A stretch of DNA of 64,000 nt from an uncultured virus (IMG/VR IMGVR_UViG_3300027969_000051) (Duplodnaviria > Heunggongvirae > Uroviricota > Caudoviricetes). The notes beneath the pieces are model-generated. The model ran no database searches. It was given only the letters and a program-made list of their open reading frames with translations, and was not told where the DNA came from. Positions 1 to 9,556 of this stretch are shown piece by piece; within the stretch, counting starts at the first letter, position 1, and every line of letters begins with the position of its first letter. The DNA lies in the IMG/VR virus record IMGVR_UViG_3300027969_000051, one strand, 5' to 3'. Both the position numbers and the translations under genes were made by a program.

Positions 1-432
1 AACATCGGCGGGTGTCAGTGTAGTGCCCCACAAATCCGAAGGACTACCATATATATGAAAATCGTCAACTGGATTTATAGTGCTGGCTTTGTTTTCACCT
101 ATAAGAACTCTATCACCTAAGGTTAGTTGTATTAGTAAGTCTTCAATGAGGGCCGCACGTTGTACATTAACTCTTAACTCTATACCTGCAATTGGTCTGC
201 TAACTAGGGGGAATCGAAATTGTGTGCAATACAAGTGTTCCGTTGTGCTGAAATACTTTTCCATCCATAATCCATTGATTGTATATAACGGAGTTATGGT
301 TGATGTATGGTTGTCTGTAGTGCCGGCAAGATAGGTATCTTTCCATTCGATTGGTGCTTGCCCGGAATCTGGATTAAGAGAGTTTATTGTAGAAAATATA
401 GTAGGATTATAAAAATCAGTAGTAGTGGTCAT
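1..432 (-). CDS. Hypothetical, probably late/virion protein; runs off the window edge (not in ORF track)
   Basis: ATG at 432, open for 144 codons to position 1 (MTTTTDFYNPT...YGSPSDLWGTTLTPADV); TGTAAATA late box 4 nt upstream. Confidence 0.7.
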   Translation of the reverse strand, partial: MTTTTDFYNPTIFSTINSLNPDSGQAPIEWKDTYLAGTTDNHTSTITPLYTINGLWMEKYFSTTEHLYCTQFRFPLVSRPIAGIELRVNVQRAALIEDLLIQLTLGDRVLIGENKASTINPVDDFHIYGSPSDLWGTTLTPADV

Positions 433-436
433 ACTA

Positions 437-444
437 TATTTACA
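437..444 (-). promoter_or_regulatory. T4-type late promoter (TGTAAATA)
   Basis: Close to T4 gp55 consensus TATAAATA; between the capsid terminator and the next ATG. Confidence 0.65.
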
Positions 445-445
445 C

Positions 446-474
446 AAAAGAGAAAGGGCTCCGAAGAGCCCTTT
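446..474 (-). terminator. Rho-independent terminator after the major capsid gene
   Basis: AAAGGGCTC-TTCG-GAGCCCTTT stem-loop followed by CTCTTTT on the minus strand. Confidence 0.9.
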
Positions 475-500
475 ATCATATATCAACTTCTAAGGTTTGA

Positions 501-1673
501 TTAGCTAAACTTAACGTTACCGCTAGTAATAGCAACTAGACCTAAGTAGTCAGCCGCATTACCTAATGAAGATGCTGTGTTTGACAACTCAACATATCCA
601 TAACGTGTCATGAAGCTTACGACTGGTTCGAATGTTGATGGATCTAACACAACACCGCTTGACATTAAAGGAATGTATGGGCAGTAGAATGCTGGAGCAT
701 CTGATTCGCTTGAACCTTTGTATCCGATTAGCACTGAAGCTGAATCAGAAGCATAGCTGTTTACATAAACTTTCATTGCGCTGTTCAATGTACCAACAAA
801 CTTAGTGTTTGTAGGAGCTTCGAAAGTGCCTTCAGTTGTACGAGCAAAAGCTGATGTTGTTGCAGATTGTAGAATTGTTAGCGTAAATGGGCTAACAACT
901 GCGTAGTTACCTGCACCACGACGTGTACGTTGTGCAATCAAGTTGCTTACACGATTGATTTGAACTGCCAATGCGGCATGTTCGTCACCAACAAATGTAG
1001 CTGTACCTGACACAGCGGACTGGTCATAAGTTTGTGTAGCTGTACCAGCTAATGATGTTAGAGATGCAATGATCTCTTGATCGATTTCAGCTGTAATTTC
1101 TTGAGCCAATGCAGCCATAACTTCTGCTTCAACGTCAATACCTTGTTGGGCTTGTGCGTCTTGAGCAGCCTCGAATGTCCAACGTGCAGACAATTTACGA
1201 GTTTTAGCTTCGACTGTTTGTTTCAAGATTTGAATTGACATACGGTTACCAGCTTGACCTTCTAGGGTAGCTGTTGAAGCTGCCTTAGCGGTTGCACTTT
1301 GGTTTCCTGAGTATGCCTCAGCAATCTTGAACGGGCTTAGTGCCTCTTCACCAGCTAATACGCCTGAGTTAGCTGAAGTATCAGCATAACGTACACGTAA
1401 AGTGTGAATTTGGCCAACTGGGCCAGTCATTGGTTGTACACCAACTAGTTCATTAGCAATGACTGTTGGCATAACGCGACGGATCACTGGAAGGATCACG
1501 CGATTTAAAGTTGCAACGTTACCAGCAGAAGTAGCACCAGTAGTTGGACTTTCTAACAAATACTTGCGAGTATTTTCTAGAGTCACGCCCATTACTGATT
1601 TTTTAGTGCCTTGTAAGCCTTCTAATAGGGCTTCCTTAGTTTCTGCCCAACGTCCGTTTAGTAGTTCTGACAT
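501..1673 (-). CDS. gp23: Major capsid protein, T4 gp23-like
   Basis: Motifs RRVMPTVIANELVGVQPMTGPVGQI, KTRKLSARWTFEAAQD, AEIDQEII, FYCPYIPL, MTRYG. Confidence 0.97.
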   Translation of the reverse strand: MSELLNGRWAETKEALLEGLQGTKKSVMGVTLENTRKYLLESPTTGATSAGNVATLNRVILPVIRRVMPTVIANELVGVQPMTGPVGQIHTLRVRYADTSANSGVLAGEEALSPFKIAEAYSGNQSATAKAASTATLEGQAGNRMSIQILKQTVEAKTRKLSARWTFEAAQDAQAQQGIDVEAEVMAALAQEITAEIDQEIIASLTSLAGTATQTYDQSAVSGTATFVGDEHAALAVQINRVSNLIAQRTRRGAGNYAVVSPFTLTILQSATTSAFARTTEGTFEAPTNTKFVGTLNSAMKVYVNSYASDSASVLIGYKGSSESDAPAFYCPYIPLMSSGVVLDPSTFEPVVSFMTRYGYVELSNTASSLGNAADYLGLVAITSGNVKFS

Positions 1674-1684
1674 TTAAATTCTCC

Positions 1685-2794
1685 TTAAATTTTTAGTCCT
1701 GCGAGTCTGCGGATGTCAACAATGTTACTTGATGAAGCATCTGACTCACTGCTACGGGTGTTGGAAATCTTATTTCCGGTTATTTCTTTAGCCTCTACTA
1801 GTGCCTGTTTCTTCTGCGGAGCCTTGCCATTGTTGCCAGAGACAACTGATGGTAAGTACTTTTCAAAACTTTCGTTTAGCTTAGTTGTCTTTACAGACTC
1901 CATTAATTCGCCCATGATTTCTTTCTGCTCACTGTTAAGTGGAGCGAGAAGTTCATTCATGATTGCTTTTCTTTCTTGAGCTTCTTTCAAAGCCTGGATT
2001 TCTGCTTGTTTACTTTCTAGGATTTGTTCAGCGTTGACCACAGCTTGCGCCGCTTCTTTCATCGCTAAATCTTTCAAGTCTATGACTTTGAGTAATTTTG
2101 CAGTTTCCGATTTTTCATTTAGGTAGCTTGCTGAATATTCAGAAGCAAAAGCTTCGAATAACTTGCGGCCAAAATCTTGACGACGAGCGGCTTCAATGTC
2201 TTCTTTCAGTGCGTGAATTTCAGAACGGAGTCCTGAACTTACTACTGATTCGACCATCGATGCGGCACGTTGAACAAATTCTTGTTTTACCTTCTTGATT
2301 TCGTTACGACCTTCGCGAACTAGGCGAACCTTCGTTGCTGATAGGTCTTGTTTGTCTTTGTAAAACTCTGTAATTTCTTGAGCTAGGGCCTCAACTACGA
2401 ATTGTTCCAATTTACCAAACTTGTTTGCCATTACTACTTGATCTTCGTGTAGTTCTTTAACTTCACTAGCTAGTTGACGTGTAACAAATTCCTTCATTAC
2501 AGCGGCATCACGCTTCATCTTAGTAGCGTACTTAACTTTCATTTCTGCAAGTTGTTTACGGTCGTCGGCAAACTCGACAATTTCTGCGGCTAGTTGTTCA
2601 GAGATCATACGATCTACTGCTTCAACCATCGTGTTCTTGTCGTGTTCGTATTTTTGTGCAAATTCTTCACGTAATTGTTGAGCAACTTGTTCGCGATTTT
2701 CTGTGATTCTCGCTTCCCAAGCCTGTTCAATTGACTCCTGAATCTCCTCAGAAATCACATTGTTTTCAAATAATTGTTTTAGTGCATCCAACAT
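1685..2794 (-). CDS. gp22: Prohead core scaffold protein, gp22-like
   Basis: Glu/Lys-rich coiled coil between protease and capsid genes; GRKLFEAFASE motif. Confidence 0.85.
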   Translation of the reverse strand: MLDALKQLFENNVISEEIQESIEQAWEARITENREQVAQQLREEFAQKYEHDKNTMVEAVDRMISEQLAAEIVEFADDRKQLAEMKVKYATKMKRDAAVMKEFVTRQLASEVKELHEDQVVMANKFGKLEQFVVEALAQEITEFYKDKQDLSATKVRLVREGRNEIKKVKQEFVQRAASMVESVVSSGLRSEIHALKEDIEAARRQDFGRKLFEAFASEYSASYLNEKSETAKLLKVIDLKDLAMKEAAQAVVNAEQILESKQAEIQALKEAQERKAIMNELLAPLNSEQKEIMGELMESVKTTKLNESFEKYLPSVVSGNNGKAPQKKQALVEAKEITGNKISNTRSSESDASSSNIVDIRRLAGLKI

Positions 2795-2807
2795 GTGATT
2801 CTCCTTG

Positions 2808-3434
2808 TTATTGGAGTTTGCTTATTATACCTAATAAGCTCTCTTTGAGATATTTCTGTGCTTTAGGATCACCCTTAACTTCTTGCGCTATGCGCAAGGC
2901 ACTAAGACCACCGCGATTATTCATCAGGTGTTCATAGATTGGTGTAGGATATGCTCCCGGAGCACTAGGTTGAGCTACCATATCTACTGTGATAATCTCA
3001 AAATCCGATACTTCACCGGAACCGTTATCGCTAACGTTTCCGGATCCGCGACTTGATACTCCTAATTTCACGCCGCTTTCCAGCATTGTGCGAATTAGTT
3101 GTCCCATTGGGGTTGGCAAAACTTTCAATTTGCCGTAACCGTTAGGACCGTCCATCCACATATTAACTATCATGTGGCTGACGCGATCCAGGTTAATTTT
3201 TAGATCATCTGGATGATCCACTTCTCCGAGAACTGAATAACCGTTTTGAATCTGATCGTTTAGGGTTTTGACAGCCTTGCCAATCTCATTCACAGGGTAA
3301 ACACGCTGGTTAGCGTTACGAATACCGCCCTGGATACAAATCCCGGACATGTATAGGTTTTTCCCATCTTTGTCATCAGACTCAACGATCATTTTTGCTT
3401 CGTTGAAACTGAGATTCTCTCGGAGGTATAACAT
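2808..3434 (-). CDS. gp21: Prohead protease, gp21-like
   Basis: NANQRVYP, LGEVDHP, VSH, LGVSSRGSG and D..AQPSAPGAY motifs. Confidence 0.95.
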   Translation of the reverse strand: MLYLRENLSFNEAKMIVESDDKDGKNLYMSGICIQGGIRNANQRVYPVNEIGKAVKTLNDQIQNGYSVLGEVDHPDDLKINLDRVSHMIVNMWMDGPNGYGKLKVLPTPMGQLIRTMLESGVKLGVSSRGSGNVSDNGSGEVSDFEIITVDMVAQPSAPGAYPTPIYEHLMNNRGGLSALRIAQEVKGDPKAQKYLKESLLGIISKLQ

Positions 3435-3450
3435 AGTCTAGTATGTTCTC

Positions 3451-4398
3451 TTATTTCTTAATTGGGCGCAAAACACTTTGTGTGTTCTTTTCGCCGTCTT
3501 TGCTGTTAGCACCAGTGCCTGCACCTACGTTTGCGCCTGGAGCCGCACCTTTCTTCTCTGCACCGTGTCCAGGTTCTTTCTTAGTGAACGCTGTCTTACC
3601 TGCATTTGAGTCTTTACGGTTGTGGATCTTGCCTAGGCCGCTTGTCAAGTCACCTGCTTTAGGACTTGCTAAACCACCTTGTGTGCCACCGCTAGTTGTT
3701 GAAAAGTTTTGTGCAATATTAGCAGTTGTACCGCCCATATTGTTTTTCATGTTATCAATTAATGATTTTGTGTTAGTACCATTATCGCCACCTTTTGGAG
3801 CGGCAACTTTGTTAACGTATTCCATTAAACCTTCTAACTCATCCATTTCACCATCTGCTTCTGGAGCACCCATTTCTTCTTCGTCACCCATGCCTGGTAA
3901 GCTGTCTAAAGCACCACCGTGGATGTCTGGATTTAGTTCTTCTTCGTGTTCTTCGCCTTGCAATAGTTGTTCAAACTCTGCTTTTAGGTCTTCTAATGCA
4001 TCTTCTAGATCCATAACGCGATCTTCGATTGCTCCGTCACCGGCTGCATCATCTTCTTCAGCGCCAAACGGATCTTCTTCAGATTCTTCACCGTCATCTT
4101 CTGCATCATCTTCTGCATCGTCGGCTGGTTCTTCTTCGCCGTCGTCTTCAGTGTCGTCTTCAGCATCGTCTGCTGGTTCTTCTTCGTCATCGCTAGCGTA
4201 TGGATTGCCGCTGTCTTTAGCTTTAGGAACAGCTGAGTCTTCTTCAGCTTCACCTAAGTTGAAGTCTTCTGATAGAAGTTCTTCATAGATATCGCGTGAT
4301 TTTGCTACTACGATGTTGTGGAAAATTTCTTTTGCTTTGTCTTGATCTTCGTTAATCAAAGCCTCAAGCATTGCTTCAAATTGAGCGCGGTCAGTCAT
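3451..4398 (-). CDS. Highly acidic prohead core protein (gp67-like position)
   Basis: D/E-rich low-complexity middle; lies between portal and protease; late box at 4441-4448. Confidence 0.6.
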   Translation of the reverse strand: MTDRAQFEAMLEALINEDQDKAKEIFHNIVVAKSRDIYEELLSEDFNLGEAEEDSAVPKAKDSGNPYASDDEEEPADDAEDDTEDDGEEEPADDAEDDAEDDGEESEEDPFGAEEDDAAGDGAIEDRVMDLEDALEDLKAEFEQLLQGEEHEEELNPDIHGGALDSLPGMGDEEEMGAPEADGEMDELEGLMEYVNKVAAPKGGDNGTNTKSLIDNMKNNMGGTTANIAQNFSTTSGGTQGGLASPKAGDLTSGLGKIHNRKDSNAGKTAFTKKEPGHGAEKKGAAPGANVGAGTGANSKDGEKNTQSVLRPIKK

Positions 4399-4440
4399 GT
4401 TTATTTCTCCTGTGAATTGTATTGATACAAGGCTGTAATA

Positions 4441-4448
4441 TATTTACA
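4441..4448 (-). promoter_or_regulatory. Late promoter (TGTAAATA) for the core/protease/scaffold/capsid genes
   Basis: Late box upstream of CAGGAG SD and ATG at 4398. Confidence 0.7.
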
Positions 4449-4507
4449 CCTTTATTGAAAAAGTGAGCAGATATTGGTGAAAAACTGTCGATCTTGAAGT
4501 TTTTCAA

Positions 4508-4747
4508 TTATTGTGGCGGAGCAACTGGCGTTGCATACATTGAATGTATAAATTCTAGTTCTTTTTCCTGCTCTAGTATATGTGCTTCGCTACTTTTACG
4601 TAGCTCATTAATTTGTCTTAGAGTTAATCTAGTCTTACGTGTGTCATCCCTATGCAACATCGTAGAGTCGCGGGCTGGCTCATAGCGTAAATCGTTAGCT
4701 ACATGCCGTGTATCGGGATCAATATAAAACAGTTCTCTGAGAATCAT
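4508..4747 (-). CDS. Small head-module protein
   Basis: 79 aa, starts MILRELF; directly after portal; TATAAATA 5 nt upstream. Confidence 0.7.
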   Translation of the reverse strand: MILRELFYIDPDTRHVANDLRYEPARDSTMLHRDDTRKTRLTLRQINELRKSSEAHILEQEKELEFIHSMYATPVAPPQ

Positions 4748-4752
4748 ACAGG

Positions 4753-4760
4753 TATTTATA
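4753..4760 (-). promoter_or_regulatory. Late promoter TATAAATA overlapping the portal stop codon
   Basis: Exact T4 late consensus. Confidence 0.7.
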
Positions 4761-6492
4761 CAATAGGACCCGGTGCGCCGCCCATTGGACCTGGAGGTGC
4801 ATTGGCCCCCATTTGAGTTTCTTGTCCCGGTTCTTCTTGCATATCCTCAGGCGGTTCCATGTCAGCTGACATGCCAAGGTCGCCTTCAATTCCGCTTGCA
4901 CTTAATCCTGCTGAGCGTAGTTCGCCAGCGGCATCTGTATCTGTTGGTTGTCCTTTACCGTTTTCTTCGGCCCAGTGACGTTCGTTTTCTGCTACTTCTT
5001 CGTCGGTTAAGCCTAAGAAACGTTTGAGAGCAAAGCGTTTGCTCATAAAAGGCACTGCTTGGATTGTGTTAAATGTGTTAATACGCTCTGCATCAATGCT
5101 AGCTTGACGTGAACTGGCAAAGTTCATCGGAGGATTAAAGTTTAATTCAAATAGACTTGGATCAATGTTCATACCTTTGGCATGCATAAACATCTTAAAT
5201 TCTTCGTCAAACACTGCTGTTAATAGACTTTGTAGGCGTTCACAGTACTTGTTAAAACGTAATTCTTGTATGTAGGCTGTACCAACACGCCCATCATTGA
5301 ATTGATTCTGACTATCCTCAGCACCTGTAGGCAAATAACTACTAGGAATACGCAGTCCGCGGAATAATTTATTAGTAAAATATTTTAAATCGTCAATTTC
5401 ACCAATGTTCTTACCACCTTCAAGCATAGTAACGTCCGAGCCTTTACCATCTGCTGTCTTAGGGAAGAAGTAATCTTCGTTAATTGACAGTGGGTTATAC
5501 GCACTGTCAATAACATTTTGTCCACCGCCGCTTTGGCTAGGAATACGTCTTTGATGAATTTCGTTTTTAACACGTTCTACGAATGCCATTGCCAAGTGAC
5601 TTGGCATATTACCTACGTCAATATGGAATACTCTGCGCTCTGGAGCACGTTGTATACGATAGATAAGGATAGCATCTTCTAATAATTCTTTTTGTTTGTA
5701 AACTTTGAATACATTTTCTAACAAACTGTTACCAAATGGATAGTTTTGATCTAGTCCTTCTGATAAACTTAAATGTACAATGTGTTCTGCGTTAATAGCA
5801 TTTTCTTTTTGGTTTAATCCAAAGCGGGTTCCGCCACTTGCAGTGCCGCCTGTGCCGCCACGTTGACTATTGCTTGACCCCATGTATCCAGGTAGTGCTC
5901 CACCGCCTGAGTTGCGTGGATTAATGTTAGGTGTGATCTGTGTAGCAACTAGATTTTCAAAATTAGGTGCTAGATCTTTAACTACATACTGCTCTGGCTT
6001 TTTGCCTTCGCTTTCGTTAACGATAACTTTGATAATCTGTCCTGAATCAATGAAACTCCATTTTTGATTTTCAGGATCGCGTATGAAAAATGCATCACCG
6101 TACTTGAATACATTGCGTACAATACGGAAAATACGGGTATCAAACTTTTGTAGCTTGTTCCACTGTGCTAGATATTCACCTAGGATCTTAATTTCAGCGT
6201 TAGTAGCCTTGTTGCGCCATTTAACTGAGAATGGACTCTTGCCGTCTTTTAATTTTTGTGTGCAAAATTCTGCTAGGATGTCTAGTGCGGCATTGACTTC
6301 TGGATCGCTATCCATAACTTCATATTGATTATAACGTTCAATGCGGTTTGGACTACCGGTATATACATCAGGCAGATAACTGCTATAGTTAGTTCTTGCA
6401 GGACCTGGACGAGTACTATTATTCAGTCCGCTGACAGGACCTAGCATTTCGCCATTTACTGGTACTGGTGTAAAATATTTCTTCCAACTCAT
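4756..6492 (-). CDS. gp20: Portal protein, gp20-like
   Basis: LLEDAILIYRIQRAPERRVFHIDVGNMP, EDYFFP, IDDLKYFTNKLFRGLRIPSS, ELRFNKYCERLQ. Confidence 0.97.
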   Translation of the reverse strand: MSWKKYFTPVPVNGEMLGPVSGLNNSTRPGPARTNYSSYLPDVYTGSPNRIERYNQYEVMDSDPEVNAALDILAEFCTQKLKDGKSPFSVKWRNKATNAEIKILGEYLAQWNKLQKFDTRIFRIVRNVFKYGDAFFIRDPENQKWSFIDSGQIIKVIVNESEGKKPEQYVVKDLAPNFENLVATQITPNINPRNSGGGALPGYMGSSNSQRGGTGGTASGGTRFGLNQKENAINAEHIVHLSLSEGLDQNYPFGNSLLENVFKVYKQKELLEDAILIYRIQRAPERRVFHIDVGNMPSHLAMAFVERVKNEIHQRRIPSQSGGGQNVIDSAYNPLSINEDYFFPKTADGKGSDVTMLEGGKNIGEIDDLKYFTNKLFRGLRIPSSYLPTGAEDSQNQFNDGRVGTAYIQELRFNKYCERLQSLLTAVFDEEFKMFMHAKGMNIDPSLFELNFNPPMNFASSRQASIDAERINTFNTIQAVPFMSKRFALKRFLGLTDEEVAENERHWAEENGKGQPTDTDAAGELRSAGLSASGIEGDLGMSADMEPPEDMQEEPGQETQMGANAPPGPMGGAPGPIV

Positions 6493-6504
6493 ATGTTATC
6501 CTTA

Positions 6505-8445
6505 TTAATCAAGTCGATTTCCGGATAAACCGCGAGTTGCACTCAATTGTTTATCATTAATATTGACTGATTCAGATGTTAATCTCAGTAATTCACCCAT
6601 ACTAGTATTTAACGTCTCTAGCTGTCCTCTGACATCAGTTATGGTTGCTTCACCACCACCGCCCATACCGCCAAACTCTGGTATCTGTACACTTTGCATT
6701 GCAGACTGCATTGCCGGTACTGCCGCTGATAATGTAGCTTTAACATTACCTAGCATGCCTTGAAGTTGTGGGCCGAGTTGACTTTGCATGTTTGCCATGA
6801 TTGGCATAAACTGACTCGACATATCTTTCATAAACTCGCCAATCTTACCTTCAGGTACTACAGCTTCTTTTCCGTGTAGCATGCTTAATGCACCAGATCC
6901 AAAGTCGGCACCAAACCAAGATCCAAATGTGTCTTTGGATCCACCTGCTTGTGAGGGCATTTCTAAACCACCTTGTGTTCTTCCTGCCGTTGCCGCGGCT
7001 GCTCGTTGCTTGGCTTCCTCTTCAGAATATCCCATACGAAGTTTTTCGGTGATGTTATACTCCATTAATGATTTTTCAGTTTTTTTACTGCCCAACCAAT
7101 CATTTAACGCTTTAAATCCTCCGGTAGAAGCACCTACTTCTTTGTTTAGTTTATCAAAAGTTTCCATAGCGATAATACCGCCAACTTTTCTACCTAGCTC
7201 GTCAATCTGATTAATAGCTTGCGCAACACGAACATCGTCTGGACGACTGCCCGGTGTGGTTGTTATGGCTGCTAGTTTAGCTTTTTCTTCTTCTGTTGTT
7301 TTTCTAATTACTGCTTGGTATTGTTCAGCGGTAGCAGTTAACGGATCTACACCGTCTCTACGCAGTGCCGCGGCATAGACCTGCATGGCACCTGAAGTCT
7401 GTTGCATCGATCGTTGGAAATCTTCATTGAATCTAACTAAATTACCGTTAGCATTATTTGCCTGTTGTGCTAATACTGCCGCTTTAGCTTCTTCGGCTAG
7501 TCTAGCCTGTACTTCCGGAGTCGCAACTCCTAGACTCTCAGAATACCTACGTACTGCCATCTGTGCAGGACCTAAGGTATTATAAAATTCTTCCACCTCG
7601 TCTGATGCTATGCCTCGTTGATTTAAATCTGTAACTAGAGTATTCATCTGATCACCAAAACCTGACATCTCATTTACTGATCTAGTAAGAGCTTCATCTA
7701 GCTTTGGATTCATTAATCTGGCAGCAAGTACATCTCCGCGATTTAATTGTTTTTCCATTTCCTGTGCTTGCTTTTCTGCAGAGGTTCCAGTAATTTTTGC
7801 TGCCAAGTACATGTTTGCTGCCAGGTCACCGGTTGATTTACTTAAAGCTTCTGCAGAAGCTGTTTGTCCTCGGTATGACAGTGATGAAACCCTCAGCGCA
7901 GTGTTTACTATTTCTGCACTGCCTGTGACTTCTTTTAATGCTTGTCCAGTATCAGAATCGTTTATCATCTGCCCCGCTTCTAGAAATACCTTAGCACCTT
8001 TATCCATACTGCCACCCAAGGCAGCAAGATTTGCCGGAGTCTTAGCAAGTAGGTTATTAAAGTTTTCAAACCCGTACTGCGATCTTGTGACTAGTTTATC
8101 ATATTCACCAAGATTTTGATTAAAATTAACACCATATTTGGTGGATTCTTTCATAGCGTCATTAACTCTAATCACATCAAGGCTAATGGTTGAAAAAATA
8201 TTTCCTAAAGATGCACCTGCTTCACCTGCTAACCCCATAGCCTTGCTAAACACAGTTATTGCATCAGCAGTCGTAGCTGTACCAGTGTGCAGTTTTGCAA
8301 ATGCCGCGACTACAAGATCTGCACCTTTTGCTATTCCGTTAACTATAGTAATACCTGAATCTGTTAGAGATTTAGGTTTTAAGACGTTGATTAAACTGGT
8401 AAGATTACTGTTTGTTTGCGCTAGTTGATCTTCTAATGCTGACAT
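6505..8445 (-). CDS. Tape-measure / gp29-like tail length protein
   Basis: 646 aa, Ala/Gly/Met-rich and helical; LHGKEAVVP motif seen near tape-measure C-termini; next to the gp26-like chaperone. Confidence 0.65.
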   Translation of the reverse strand: MSALEDQLAQTNSNLTSLINVLKPKSLTDSGITIVNGIAKGADLVVAAFAKLHTGTATTADAITVFSKAMGLAGEAGASLGNIFSTISLDVIRVNDAMKESTKYGVNFNQNLGEYDKLVTRSQYGFENFNNLLAKTPANLAALGGSMDKGAKVFLEAGQMINDSDTGQALKEVTGSAEIVNTALRVSSLSYRGQTASAEALSKSTGDLAANMYLAAKITGTSAEKQAQEMEKQLNRGDVLAARLMNPKLDEALTRSVNEMSGFGDQMNTLVTDLNQRGIASDEVEEFYNTLGPAQMAVRRYSESLGVATPEVQARLAEEAKAAVLAQQANNANGNLVRFNEDFQRSMQQTSGAMQVYAAALRRDGVDPLTATAEQYQAVIRKTTEEEKAKLAAITTTPGSRPDDVRVAQAINQIDELGRKVGGIIAMETFDKLNKEVGASTGGFKALNDWLGSKKTEKSLMEYNITEKLRMGYSEEEAKQRAAAATAGRTQGGLEMPSQAGGSKDTFGSWFGADFGSGALSMLHGKEAVVPEGKIGEFMKDMSSQFMPIMANMQSQLGPQLQGMLGNVKATLSAAVPAMQSAMQSVQIPEFGGMGGGGEATITDVRGQLETLNTSMGELLRLTSESVNINDKQLSATRGLSGNRLD

Positions 8446-8470
8446 TTAATTTCCTGTGAAAAAGTACGTA

Positions 8471-8496
8471 TATAAATACATTATCATATATTTATC
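8471..8496. promoter_or_regulatory. Pair of face-to-face late promoters (TATAAATA + at 8471-8478; GATAAATA - at 8489-8496)
   Basis: Both boxes lie in the 62-bp gap between divergent genes. Confidence 0.7.
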
Positions 8497-8507
8497 CGGA
8501 GCATAAT

Positions 8508-9335
8508 ATGGCTATAAATCCGCTACAGCAACATTTTAGACAACCAAAAATTTACGTTGGATTGCCTAGCAAAGGGCTATACAACGCACCTGGTTCTATC
8601 CAAGGTGACGCAGAACGAATGCCAGTATACGGTATGACTGGCATGGATGAGATTATTATGAAAACACCCGATGCCTTACTCAACGGAGAAGCAACTGTAA
8701 GGATTATAGAAAGCTGTTGTCCTGTAATCAAGGACGCTTGGGCTATAACAGCACTTGATCTCGATCTTGTTTTAACTGCTATAAAAATTGCCACTTATGG
8801 AAACAAACTAGAAGTTGAACATAAGTGTCCAAAATGCAGTTCTGAAAATCGCTATGAGTTAGATCTAGGTAAATTTGTTGATTACTATAGTCGTTATACC
8901 TACGATAATAAAATCACCATTGACGATCTTGTTATTAAATTACGACCGCTATCTTATAGAATTATTACAGATCTAGGTCTACGTAATTTTACAATCCAAC
9001 AACAGTTAAGACAAGCCCAAGCAATGCTTGATGTTGATGAGCGCAAAATTGAAAATCTTAAACTAGTAGAGTCTATGTCTGCACTGCAAAATGATATATT
9101 TTCTGCAAGTGTTGATTCTATCGAAGTTGACGGCACAGTAGTCACTGAAAAAGAATTTATTGTTGAATGGTTAAATAATTGCGAAAAAAATGTATTTGAT
9201 ATGTTGCAGGCAAAAATCAATGAAGTCCGAGATAGCTTAAAAACACCTCCGCAAGAAGTTATTTGTGATGGGTGTCAAGCTAAAAATATGTTGTCAGTTG
9301 ATCTAGATCCCGCAAGTTTTTTCGTTACAGCCTAA
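8508..9335 (+). CDS. gp26: Baseplate hub assembly chaperone, gp26-like
   Basis: LPSKG, DLDLVLTAIKIATYG, two CxxC pairs (CPKC, CDGC), C-terminal SFF. Confidence 0.8.
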   Translation: MAINPLQQHFRQPKIYVGLPSKGLYNAPGSIQGDAERMPVYGMTGMDEIIMKTPDALLNGEATVRIIESCCPVIKDAWAITALDLDLVLTAIKIATYGNKLEVEHKCPKCSSENRYELDLGKFVDYYSRYTYDNKITIDDLVIKLRPLSYRIITDLGLRNFTIQQQLRQAQAMLDVDERKIENLKLVESMSALQNDIFSASVDSIEVDGTVVTEKEFIVEWLNNCEKNVFDMLQAKINEVRDSLKTPPQEVICDGCQAKNMLSVDLDPASFFVTA

Positions 9336-9556
9336 CTAATCTATTACCGCAAGAGATTGAAGAACGTTTAGTTAGGCTTGACAATCAAGTTAAGGCATTT
9401 AAAGAAGAATTATTTAGAATAACTTGGTATATGCGCGGTGGTGTTACTGTTAGCGATCTATTAGATCGCTACGGTCATGAAGAACGCGAAGCTATTAATG
9501 AAATTATAAAAGAAAATATTGAAGCAAGTAAAAAAGCACAAATGCCTTTACTTTAA
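9323..9556 (+). CDS. gp51-like frame (not in ORF track), probably reached by -1 frameshift from the gp26-like gene
   Basis: -1 frame open for 77 codons from slippery T TTT TTC (9317-9323): RYSLTNLLPQEIEERL...ITWYMRGGVTVSD...KKAQMPLL; first ATG only at 9431. Confidence 0.65.
   Translation, partial: RYSLTNLLPQEIEERLVRLDNQVKAFKEELFRITWYMRGGVTVSDLLDRYGHEEREAINEIIKENIEASKKAQMPLL

Noticed and set aside
4115..4186. 24-bp direct repeat
   Set aside because: Encodes duplicated EEEPADDAEDD in a low-complexity acidic linker.
3443..4288. 281-aa plus-strand Ser-rich ORF
   Set aside because: Antisense shadow of the acidic core gene; GAA/GAT codons read as Ser/Phe on the other strand.
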